From Octopus bimaculoides (lineage: Eukaryota), in assembly GCF_001194135.2 (NCBI RefSeq), contig NC_068989.1, positions 41,629,918 to 41,693,917 of the forward strand: 64,000 nucleotides of DNA, read 5' to 3'. The notes under the pieces are model-generated. The model searched no databases, had not been told where the DNA came from, and saw only the letters and a list, made by a program, of their open reading frames with translations. The translations under genes were made by a program, and so were the position numbers. Within the stretch, counting starts at the first letter, position 1. Each line of letters begins with the position of its first letter. Positions 13,901 to 27,159 of the stretch are shown piece after piece.

Positions 13901-16799
13901 TTCATACCTAGAAATTTCTACCATAATTTAAACCAAGTTTAAAGTCTACAGGCATCTGATAAAGACACTAACAACAAGCAGGATAAAACCTGTCATCAAT
14001 GTAATTATTTCTACCATTGTCAGATTGAGGTTTTGTTGATCTAACGAAATTTAAATACAAGAATAACATCACAACAAAAAGAACATAATCTTAATAACTG
14101 ACAGGTAAGTTTAGAAAAAAAAAAATGCCATCAATATTTTATATGGAGAGAAAAAGGCAAAGAAAGCACAGAAGCACAGATGCTCGAGTCAAACAATAGT
14201 TTGAGTTTAAATGTTGTACTGGATCCCAACTTCTATCTTTTTATAGATCAAATAACTACCAAAAATATGTGATCATACTGAGTTTGTGAATATCATTATC
14301 ATAATTTTATGACATTTTCCCATGCTTGTATAGATTGGACCAGTTTTCCTTAGCACAACAGCTTGCCACTTGAGGTTCTTTGACACCATCTTCATAAGAT
14401 TCAGTTTCCTGAGATCATCTTTCATAATTTGTTTCCATATCTTCCTTGGTCCTCCTTTGCACAGGTTCCTTCCACTTGGATCACTCAATAGTTCTCTACC
14501 CAGCTGTCATCCTTTAGACACATCACATGTCCATACTTAGTCTTCTCTCTTGCACACAACATCTGATTCCTCTTATACGCTCAACAAGATAAGTACCTGC
14601 AACATATTGAGTTAACCATTTAGAGTTCAAACCGGCCAAAACTAATTCCCCTTTATTTGTTCAAACCGGTCAAATCCGGCTGTATCCACCTGCTCTACGA
14701 AATCGCTAAAAAAACTAAACAAATCACACTATTGAATTCTTGTAGCTTTGAGATAATGTGAGATGAAGCCTTTCCTGCCTTTATTCAAGTATAAATACTG
14801 TGAAAGCACAGAACTGGGAGAAAAGCAAAATTAACTGAGGTGGATGTCAACAGAGAAAATATTGACTTCCATAAAGTGGAAAAAATAAATGGAAGAAAAA
14901 AGTTTGCTGCATAAAAGAAAAACTGCGAAAGGGTATCAGATTGAGACTTCGTATAGGTGTTCCTATTTGCAAAGTGCCCTTGTGTAAAGGGTGCTTTGGG
15001 TAGTTTTGTTGTTAACACAACGTTTCGGCTGATATACCTTCCTACCTTCATCAGGTGTCTTGGGGAAATTTTGAACCTGGGTTCTCATTCCTAAGGTATT
15101 TTTCGATGTTATTATTATTATTATTATTCAGGTCACTGCCTGGAATCAAACTCAGAATCTTGGGGTTAAGAGCATGAGCTACTAACCCCAAGATTCCGAG
15201 TTCGATTCCAGGCAGCGACCCGAATAATAATAATAATGATAATGATAATAATAACAACAGCGAAAAATACCTTAGGAATGAGTACCCAGGTTCGAAATTT
15301 CCCCAAGGCACCTGATGAAGGCTGGAGGGTATATTAACTGAAATGTCGTGTTAACAACAAACAAGATGAGGACAAATATCTGTCAAATGTAAATAATGTA
15401 CATAATTCCTCATCTCTTAAATATAGAGCTACAGAAATATGTCATAACAATATTATTTTATCACATATTCCTTTTCATTTTATCATAAATATGTGAAAGT
15501 GAGAAATACATATTAATATTCAGTATGTTACACACCTGTATTCACCTTTGTCTCACCTGTTAATGAGCTATTTTTATTAGATGCATTCTGTTATGTAAAT
15601 TAATTCCTTAAATTGTATACGAGTACATAGCCAATGGTATGACTAGTAAAATAGTTTTGTACTTTATTTTCTATGAAAATGTTTGAATGAAATATAGAGA
15701 AAGAATAAAATCTTGTACCAATTATACATGTATTTTAATTAATTCAAATTAATGTACTTCATCTTAAAAAATGTAAAATTGTTGGAGGTTGACATCTGGG
15801 ATAATTTTAGTAACAAATCAAACATGTAAGATGTTTTAAGGATATGAATTTTAGTGTTTATTCATAATGTTATTGTTTTTACACCTGTTAATTAAATTTA
15901 CCTGCCCATAAAAGTCAAATTTAATCAGAAAGATCAGCTAAAATTACATAACTATAAACCACTGGCTTATAAGCACCCATTTATGAAATTTCAAATCTGT
16001 ATGTAGAAAATTAACAAAGTTACAAGCAAATATTGTGGACACCCCACTTGAACCTGAATAAATCAAAATTAATGTGAACAGATCAGCATTACACTTGACA
16101 AATTAATCTGAACACTAAAGGGTTAAATTTCAGCAAATATGAACTAATCCCATAACAGTTGTCCAGTTGACTAGTTGAAAGAAATCTGTATTTTACCAAC
16201 AATGTAGAACTGCTATTAAAAAAAAAAGCATCATCATTGTCATGGATAAAGGATACTTACTTATCAGGTTTTAAATCTCTGTGTACAATCCCATAACTGT
16301 GAAGGTATTCCAGAGCAAGCACTGTTTCAGCAAAATACATCCTGTTAACGATAACATAATAACATTACTACACAAAAGAGAAAATATAAAACATTGATAT
16401 AACATTTCTTTCCACATTCTTAAAACAAATCATTTAAGCTAACTTGGATGGCTAGCTTTGACTAATGATAATGACCAGTTTGCTGGCCAGCCAACATCAC
16501 TGGCTAGTGACTAGCTATAGTTAACAACACTGATCAGTTGGTTGGTTAGCTTCAACTAATAACACTGACCATTTAGCCATTGAAGGAGGTAGGTATGTGA
16601 GTAGCAATCAGAGTGATATTAGAAACTTTGCTAAGTCAGACTAATAAGTGTGTGTATGAGGGGGGGGGGATACATTAGGATTTAAGTAATAGTAGGGTTT
16701 TTACCTGGCAAGGTCCAAATGCAGTCCACCTGTAAACTTCAACAACGTAGCACAATCTCCTCCTTCCACATATTCCATTACCATACAGAAGTTTTTCTG

Positions 16800-16833
<34 letters not shown>

Positions 16834-19800
16834 TAATAATAATAAAAAAATACAAGACATGCTCTATACAATAAAGGTCCAATAAAATAAACAACCATCA
16901 CAACATGTACTCTACAGACTGGATACCAAACAAAAAAACACAGAACACACGATACAAACACTAATACAACAAAAGACAGCAACCAAACTTCATAACAAAA
17001 CGAAATAATGCAATACAACACCAGGAAGAGTTTGCATTCCCCTAGCAAAAAAGAACACACAATCTACAGTCAACAATAGAAATCCTTCAACCACTTTTTG
17101 TCAACTGATTTACTCGATTTTTTTCTATATATCTTAATAATTACAACTCAAACATAATATAGATTATGATTGTAAGAATAGAATTTATCAACCAAACACT
17201 TTAAATAATGTCATTGTACAACACACTGGCTGCTTTTGACTGGAAGACATTAGGAAGGTGTAGTAGTAAGGGTAATTCAATAACTTACTTTGGTCTCAAA
17301 ACTGCAGTACATGCTCACCACAAATGGGTTGTCAGTGAATGTGAGAATGTCCCTCTCAACAAATGCTTGTTCGGTTTGGTTGCGCATGAGTAAATGCTGT
17401 TTGCCTATTTTCTTGATGGCAAATCGTTTCCTTGATTCTTTGTGACGCACTAGATAAACAGCTCTGTAAAATACAGGAGATTTAGAGTAGACATAAGTAT
17501 GGTGACAAGAACTGTAAAAAGAAGTATATATTAAAAGAAGAAAACATAGACACAAAAGCATTCTTTTTTACTTGCACAACTAACCTAATTATTGAAACTT
17601 CAAATATGCTGTAAGCATGTTGAATGTTTTCTGATAAAATATCAGCCTGTATTAACCCTTTAGCATTCACATTTCTTTGTCAAATGCATTGCTTATTTAT
17701 TCACATTGTTTTAAATTAATCATGCATTATTTTGTAGCTTCAATGTTGTATTTGTATATTTTTAGAACAACACTGTAGGGTAGGTGTGAGAGGTTGGATA
17801 TGGTCAGTTTTAACATAAAACAGGTAAAATATTTGGGTTGGATACGACTGGATTAAATGCTAAATGGTTAAGTACTTTATTCTATTGTATTTTCAACATA
17901 CAAATCGAATTTTTCCCACCAAAATTAACAACCAAAAACGGTAGGCCGACTTATAAACAAAGATAACTTTGGAGAAGCAAAAATTCCATGTGAAATGCAG
18001 CAAGATTTGGATAGATAATGACGATACTTGAATGTTTACACTATATACATTTGACTTGTATGCTGGAAAATATGGTCTATAGAAAACTTTACTCTATATA
18101 GAACACCTTAATCTAGATAAAAATTCCTTTTTCTATATAGGACACTTTGTACAGAACATCTTATTCTTTAGAGAACACTTTATTGAATATTGGCCCAGGT
18201 TGGAACCTGGCTATAATAAATAAAAATTATTCTCCATTACCATAGTTCATCTAACTGACAAATAAACATCAGATCATCCAGGAAAGTTAGCTACAACATC
18301 CTAATCATGGGGACTGTTATTCTTCCCACTATGTCTCACTGCATTTGCTGGAGCTGTGATATGGCTCACCAACCTGAATATATGATGGACTCTTCCATTG
18401 ATTTTAACATGCCACCCTCCAGTCATTCCATTAACTGGACAACCAAATCATTGAATTACACATATGGTCAATCTGACACGCTTCTATATAGTTTTTGTCC
18501 ATCCAAATTCACTCATAAGGTTTCAGTTCATCCAGGGCTATTGAAAAGGTGCTTGCTCAAAATGCTGTGTAGCCAGATTGAACTTGCAGCCTCATGGTTG
18601 TAAAACAAACTCCTTTACCACTCACTAATGCCTGCATCCACTCTGAACACACACACACATATTTATACACGCACGCACACACGCACAAACAGCTTAGATA
18701 AACACTTATGATATCCGGTAGTTGTTTACAGAATATTGAAATATTTAGCTGTTTAAAAAGCTATGTTGAGTGACTTTCTAGCTTCAACATACTTTTACCA
18801 TGATAGAACCAACCACTATGAAGAAGACACAATGTTCTTCACATAACCAAAAGCAAATATTGTTTTGCTATGGTGCTTCTGCAGCCAGTTCTTTTCTTAC
18901 AGCTGATATAAATAGTATGTCTTCCTTTCTCTTTTATAACTGGGGCATGTCTGTAGGAACTGCTTGTTCAAATTGTGTTTTACGCTTAATGCTTTTGCTG
19001 TAATTAACCACTTCATTAAATGTCCTTGTAATAATCACAGGAAATGGGTGTGATGTCTGGTTTATATTTCAACAAGCAATATAATTATATCTTGATTAGA
19101 CAGCATGTAATGATTATAGTTTAAACTTATGACATTGTGGAGAGTAAGTCAATATCTTCTGACTGCAAATGAAATATGAAGATACAAGAGTTTTCTCAAT
19201 ATTTGCAAGACACTTTCTTTAATTTATTGCAAACATACACATCGTTCATTCATTTATTGCTTGTTTTATCATCCTGGTATGAATTAGATGGGGAGGTAGT
19301 TGAAGCAATATTTCATGGTTACATCCAGATGCTCTTTCTGTAACCAACTCTTATCTGTTTTACAAGTACAAGATTTTTTTTTTATTTCACTAACCTCTGG
19401 AAGCATAGAGCAACTGGTTGTAATGTCAACAAGGAATGTAAATATTATATTAGTGTTTAACTTAATAAAAAGCCAAGGAACATCAACATTTGTGCAAACA
19501 GGCACACACACAAACAAGCAATACAGGCATTGGTCAATTCGAGGCTAGAGTTGATGGCACTTGCCCAAGTGGGACTGAACTCAGTACCACATGGACGTGA
19601 AGCAAATGTCTTAACCATACAGACATGCCTGTACCTATACATAAAATTACATGACAACCATCCACCTTTATAGCAAATAGAAGTATTGCATACAGGACAG
19701 CACCATGTGTGTCACTCAAATGTAAACCTTAACAAATAAGAAAATTATGTTAGCTTAAAGCTTTTGATACCAGATTCCTGCTCACATACACTACCTCTGT

Positions 19801-20481
19801 TTCAATTGATTTTGAAAATAACAATGAATCTAGTAAAATAACTGTAGTCATTAACCTCGTGTTTGAAACAAATTAACATAAAATTTTGATGGAAGATTAT
19901 AATTTAGATGACTTTAAAGAGAAATTTGCATCAAAGAACCATTGGTAGTTTTCAGGCAATTTGTATTATAAAACCAAAACTGGTTTTAGGTGGGTTGGTA
20001 TCAAAAAGGCTTAATTTTGCTAGTGATTTATATTGACAGGGCAATAATAAAAATGATGATAATGATGCAGTTGCTTTACTGACAGCTTCTTTAATAGGAC
20101 CTTATTTGCATTGACCCTGAAACTATGAAATGGTAAAGTCAAGCTAGGTAAGATTTCGAACTCTGAACAATGAGGTATTGAAATAAAGCAGTATGTTTGT
20201 CTAGTGTTGCAACAAACAACAAATGTCTTGAAAGGTGGGATAAAACACAAAACACGGAATTGAAGTAAAAGAAATAAAAGAGTAAACTAACACGTAAACA
20301 AGAAACAAAGAGTGAAGGAAGTAACTTACGCAAAAGCTCCACTGCTAATTAGTTTTATTGTATCAAAATCATCCTCTGATGGGGTTGCTTTCTTCTTTTC
20401 TTTTGTCTACAAATTGGAGAAGAAAAAATTTAATGACCAACATCATTATTGAGCCATGAGGAGGAGAGATAGAAAAAGAGG

Positions 20482-20525
<44 letters not shown>

Positions 20526-23500
20526 TGTATGACATTATAAAATAAATTTTGTGAATGTACAAGTCTCCATACTCTTTATTATTATTATTAATTATATATA
20601 TATATATATATGTCTCAAAATGTATTTAAAATTTTTTTTTCTATAAAGCCAAAACAATGCGAGTTATAGGAAGTAATGTAAGTTGATAGCATGTACTTTG
20701 TATTTCAATATTTCAGTTAGGACCCCCTACATAGAAATACTGATATACAAGACAAAAGTACAAACCATCGACTTGTATTACTTCTTATAATTTGCGCTGT
20801 TTTGGCTGTATAAAAAATAAAAGCATTTATATATATATATATATATATCAAGCCAATGCTCCATACAAACTATATTTACACACATACACACAGACACATG
20901 CAGGCGTGGCTGTGTGGTAATAATTTGCTTCTCAACCACATGGTTCTGGGTTCAAAATGTCTTCCACTATAGCTTCGGGCAAACCAAAACTTTGTGATTG
21001 GATTCGGTAGACAGAAACTGAAAGAAGTTTGTCAAAAATATATGTGTATGTGTGTCATTGTTTATGTTTGCCCCCCACCCACTGCTTTTTGATTGGTGTT
21101 GGTGTCTTTACGTCCCTGTAACTTAGCAGTTCAGCAAAAGGGACCAATGGAATAAGTACCAGGCTTTAAAAAAATAAGTCCTGGGGTTGATTCACTCGAC
21201 AAAAAATTCTTCAAGGCGGTGCCTCAGCATGGCCACAGTCTAATGACTGAAACAAGATAATATATATATATATATACATATATGACTACATTGCCCAATA
21301 CATCTTTTATTAAAAATGGTTACGATGTAAGTTGAGAGAAATTTAGCTGCTGTTTCCAGCAGGTTGAGCATTCATGCAAGAGTTCAGTTGCTGAATGACA
21401 TACATTGATGTCATCCTACTCGTTAGGCAACAGACACAGTAGAAAATGGCTTTTACTTTCTCTCATTTTCTATTTCATTCATTCAAAGTGCTCGGTGCAA
21501 AGAGCAGTGTTAAGAATGAGTTACTTAGGGAGGGTGTAATAAGAGATGAGAAGAAGGGCTGGCAGAGTTTCAGTTATGCATATATACATATACGTATAAT
21601 AGATTCATTATGAGGATGTGATAATTATTTATTGCAATGAGGAGGATCAGTGCTAAAAGATTTTTCAGTACCTTACCTATCTAGATCAGAAAAGTAGAAA
21701 AAAATAAGTAAAGTTAAAATGATTAATGTCTGTGATAAGAAAACTCGGGCAGATATAGTTCCAGAGTGACAGAGTTAAGGAGAGAAAGAACTGGATTAAG
21801 TGCTTAATAGGTTGATCAGATGATAGATAACAGAAACAGAAGATGAAAGTAACAAGGCTGAACTGTACAAACATCAAGTTCCTTACAAGTCCGTTTTTTT
21901 GTATAATGAGAGAGAAGGTCTTTTTTAGATGGATGGATTCTGTTTCTGAAGTAAGATAATTATGACTTACTGCATTGCTATCCGCTGATTCTGCTCCACT
22001 AGCGCAATCTGTACTATCGTGCATTCCGATTTCCTGAACATCTGGAGAAAGAGAACAAACATATGGTTAATTTGTTTAATATCAGTTATGGCATACATAC
22101 ATACATGGGCTGGTTGTAGGACTTATTTAAGACAGGATTTTAGAACTGGCTGCTTTTACAATTGCCAACTCTTTCTAAGGATTTTTTTTTTTTTGATATT
22201 CCACCAGTTTTTGAAAATTCAGAGTGACCACTTGTAACATCAACAAGGAATGAAAACATCCTATTACCATTTAGCTCAGACAGTGACGAGTGAAGCTATG
22301 GAAAGTCAACATTGACATACATATGCACACACATATATGTACACACGCACACACACATGATGGGCTTCTGTCCAGTTTGTCTAATTAATGCTTTTCCTTG
22401 CCACTAAACTTGAGTTTGCATTCCACAATTTTGAAAATGCAGCACATAATGTTCATCGGGAGTGTAAACACCATGGCACTGTTTTTTTTTTTTTTATTTC
22501 AGACAATTTCATGTAAGTGGAAATAGTAACTTTAAAGTATACATACACATGCACACAGAATTTCCAAGCAAAGTCTATTCATCAGTTTTATTCACGAGAT
22601 ATCAGTCAGTCTAAAGCAACAAATATAAGACAAATTGTCCAAGGTGCTATGCAATGAGACTGTACCTAAAACCATGTGGCTGTGAAGCTAACTTTATAAC
22701 CATGTAACTATACTTACACACATCCACACACACCCACTCACATACATACATACATACATATATATATAAAGAGAAACAGACAAAGTTGTGTATTAAATGC
22801 TTGAACAATTCACAATTCACTCTGGTCTACTTTGCATGTAATATTACAAAGCCTTTGGTATTTAAATCAAAAGAAACTGAAAAACTCAGATTGGCAGGAA
22901 AGAGAGAGTGTGTGTGTTCTTACCAGCAAGTGGATCTCTGTTTAATCCCAATTTCTGGATGATATACTGGGGGATATCAGCTTTGACATACTGGCGTGCA
23001 TGGCCTTCTGCTGCCTCCAGCATATGGTAAAATTGCTCTGGGTTGAATTCCTTTAGGGGACAAAAAGGGAGAAAAAACAAAAATAAGATGAATAAACTTA
23101 ATTGTAATCAAGATAGCTCAGTTGGTTTATTCACCAGTGAGAAGCATATTTAGTTTCTTATCAATTCTATCTTGTTCTGTTGTAGCACTAGCACATCATC
23201 TTAGACAAATTTCAACAGTCATAATTCTTTCTTGTGAAACAATTCTCAAATCTTTTAGAAATGATTCTCATTTCACTATAGTCACATATGGGTTAGATAT
23301 TTCTTCAGAATTGGATATTTGCATTAATTACTGGGGAGGTTAAAAGTGGGAGCAACTACATCCTGATGTACGTGGCACTTTAGACACAATAAGCTTGAAT
23401 TTCAAATGTTGCATCATCACGGGTTCAAAAACCCCACTTTTTTCCAATGAGGGAGAGATTATTTTGGTTAATACAGATTAGGCCGACTTGACAAGACAAA

Positions 23501-24747
23501 CACTGTAGTGACTTACCAAGCATTCCAGTAGACGAGCTGGTCGGGAAACTATGATGAGTAGCTTTTTGATGAGTGGATAGAGGTACTGATATGTCTCTTC
23601 AGATCTCTCTTGAGCCTTCAATAAGAAATAGGAAACAAAATTATTGGATAATGGAATACAAGATTCAAAAGGTAGAAACAATATATAAGTCAGTATGATG
23701 CCACAGTAACAAACCCAAAACCACGTGGTTACAAAGTGAACTTCTTAGCCACATTGTTGCACACACAAACTATAATACAAGGTTCTGAATAAGGCTAAAA
23801 AGGCAGTTACTGAAATTCATTGTTGTTCTTAAAAAGCTTCTCTAGGCATTGATGCACGAAAGCTTCAACATTTCACAGCAGAATTAGCTGAAGCCCACAA
23901 AATTATGTACCAATTTTCCAACAAGTTTGGCTACCTTTTTGAATTCAATAAGCATGGCTTAGTGGTTAGGAATATTCGGCTTGTACTTGTAAGGTAGTAA
24001 ATTCAATTCTTGGCAGCACATTGTGTCCTTGGGCAAGGCACTTTCACATCACTCCAGTTCACTCAAATGGCAAAAATGAGTCATACCAGTAATTCAAAGG
24101 GCTGAATCTCTCTACACTAAGTGTAGACATGTCTGTGGAGTGCCCAGCCACTTGCATATTAATTTCACAAGTAGGCTGTTTCATTGATTGGATCAACTGG
24201 AATGCTTCTCAATATAACAGATGGAGGGCAAGTTATTTCTACCATCTATGGGTATGCTAAAAAACAGCACAATATCCATGAAGTTTGAAAACAGTTTTCC
24301 ATGCTCAGAACTGCTGAAGCATGGAATAAAATCTGCATTGGCTGTTATCTATCAGGACGCTGCATCCTTCAAAAGTTCCATGTCTTCCAAAACCCACCAA
24401 TACTACTCCTGAATTGCTGATGCACACTTTCCACTTTATGTCCTTTTGTGCTTTATCCTATATACTGTGCAAATATTTTTGGCTATCATTTTTGTCTTTC
24501 TTTACTTGACTTATTGTTGCTCTCTGTCCCCTCTTTTACCATTTTCTGAGGAACAGTAGTGTACCTGAACACTGTATACAACAAGCTTATTATTATTATT
24601 AATAAAGTGGTGAGCTGGCAGAATCGTTAGCATGCTGGGCAAACTGCTTAAAGGCATTTTGCCTGTCTTTATGTTCTAAGTTCAAATTCTGCTGGCATCA
24701 ACTTTGCCTTTCATTCTTTCAGGGTCAACAATTTCCCTGGAATAATA

Positions 24748-24786
<39 letters not shown>

Positions 24787-26500
24787 GTCATCGTTAATTC
24801 TAGAAGGATCATGGGTAAATTCAGGTTGTTTGTCAGCAGTAAATATTTGCTATAAAGAAAAACAATAAAATAACCAAATAAAAGAAATAAAAGAGCTTAC
24901 ATCTTTGAGTAGTTTCTCTAAATTTTCTGACAATTCACAGAAATAATTACTAGTTATTAGTTTTTCCTGAGATTTTTGAAGACAATCTCTTGCCATTTCA
25001 AGTACTTGGTGATGAAGAAAGCTTAAAATTGCATCAGGTTCAACTGGTGCTCGGTTTAATTCAATAAAGAGCTCCAGTCTTTCTTCCATCTGATCAGTGG
25101 CCTATATAAATAGATAGAAACAGAATTTATACCTTGGATACTATCAATGAGCCCTACAGTTATCATCCAACAAATATTTACAAACAAACATTCAAACAAA
25201 GGATTTAATCTTCCTTGGCAGCAACACCTTACAAAGCAAAAGATGTATGGCATCTTGATAATCAGAGAAAGAACACATTATGCAGAACACTGCTGGAGAA
25301 AAAGAACAATCTTCTCCTCTTGTAACCCATGCACTGACATACAGGTATTGGTAGAACAAGAAGTGCATATATCAATCAACTCGTGGAAGACACTGGATAT
25401 CAAGGTGAGGATATGAAGACTGCAATAGCAGATCAGGACATCTGCTGTGAAAGAGTTGTATTGCTCTGGGCAAGATGTTTGACCATTGACATATAGAAGG
25501 ATTTAATTGTATACATGATTTCTCTATTAACCATGTCAGACCACCAGAATAAAAAAAAAAAACAAATAAAAAACATTTCTAGTTACTTTATTCATAAAAA
25601 AACACTAATAAGTAAAGTTACTAAAAAAAACAACACTTCATATTCTCAAAGCCATTTCTTCTCTTTAGATGCTTTTAAATCTATTTTTAAAACATAATTA
25701 AGCAGAAAAATACAATTAGGAAGACAAGCATAAATTAATTTAGAGCTATGTCTGATTGAATTGAGAAGAAATCATATTAAGGAAGCTGTTGGATTTCATG
25801 TTGAAAATTAATTCAAAATGTTCATGGAAGTTTTTTTAAGAATATTATTCCTGAACTGATTTTAAGGAATAAAGGAGTATAAAACTAAAAACAGCAGATG
25901 AAATAATTTTACAGCAGACATAGTTAAGTCTAAACATAAGGCAGACAAATTTAATTTTTGCTTTTGAGCAATACAATACTGAAGTAATGGATATGTGTAT
26001 ATGAAAGAGACAGACAGATAGAAATATGGTGGCAATGAAAGGAAGAGAGAAATATTTAAAAGAATCTAACCTTAGGGAATCTCTCTTTATACATATTATT
26101 CATCATGACTATTTCCAAATCACTTGCAGGAGAGCGAGCAGGACTACTACAATTGGAAAATATAAACAAACATTAGTTAATTAATCAAATATTTTTTTTT
26201 GTACATTAATGAAGAAATAAGAGAAGCATGTATATCTCAGTATTGATGTGTATGTAAATGTATGTATGATTGTATGTGCATTTATATATATATAAACAAT
26301 ATCATCTAACATCCATTTTTCCACACCTGCACTGGTTGGACAGAGCTTATTTGAAGCAAATTTTTTATGGCTGGATGCCCTTCCTGTCACCAACCCATAT
26401 CTGTTTCCTAGCAAGATAATATTTCCCTGTGGCCAGATATGTTCTTGCAGAATATTGGAGACGAATGACATTGCTTCTAAGACAGTGACAATCATTTACA

Positions 26501-26560
<60 letters not shown>

Positions 26561-26751
26561 TGGTGGGCAACCTTTGACTTATCCAAAAGGCTTTTTAACC
26601 CAATATTTACACATCATTATTGACAGCTTTACCTGCTTCAAGTTCCAATGTTCTTCAATATCCCCAAAACACACACACACACACACACACACGTATATAT
26701 AAATAAATATATCTAAAATATGATCGTATGGAAAAATGGACATTTTATATC

Positions 26752-26793
<42 letters not shown>

Positions 26794-27107
26794 TCATCAT
26801 TTAACATCCGTTTTCTATGCTGGCATGGGGGTGAACAGTTTGACTGGAGCTGGTAAGGCCAGGGGTTGCACCAGGCTCTATTGTCTGTCCTAGTTTCTAT
26901 GGTAGGATACCCTTCCTAATGCCAAGCATTCCAGAGTGTATTGGGTGCATTTTATGTAGCACCAGAACCAGAACCAGTGCTTCTAGCATGATATATATAT
27001 ATATGTACACACACACACATATATACATATAAGTGTCTTCTACTATAGCTTCAGGCTGACCAAAACCGTGAGTGGATTTAGTAGACGGAAACTGAAGGAA
27101 GCCTGTC

Positions 27108-27159
<52 letters not shown>

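Larger units (their letters stand above)
15005..15430. mobile_element. Head-to-head inverted pair of a tRNA-headed element carrying a type I hammerhead ribozyme (357-bp palindrome 15005-15361; plus-strand copy continues to ~15430)
   Basis: Arms 15005-15168 and 15183-15361 are reverse complements around a 14-nt spacer; B box gagttcgattcc at 15198-15209; hammerhead cores at 15014-15059 (-) and 15307-15352 (+). Confidence 0.85.

Noticed and set aside
15164-15215. tRNA gene
   Set aside because: Only D-loop to T-arm similarity with no acceptor stem or terminator, embedded in a repeat; it is a SINE head.
24240-24600. Possible Penelope GIY-YIG C-terminus ([20 protein letters not shown]) followed by CTGAGGA-ACAG...CTG
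   Set aside because: Similarity is vague and the hammerhead core lacks GAAA; a profile search (TBLASTX vs PLEs) would be needed.
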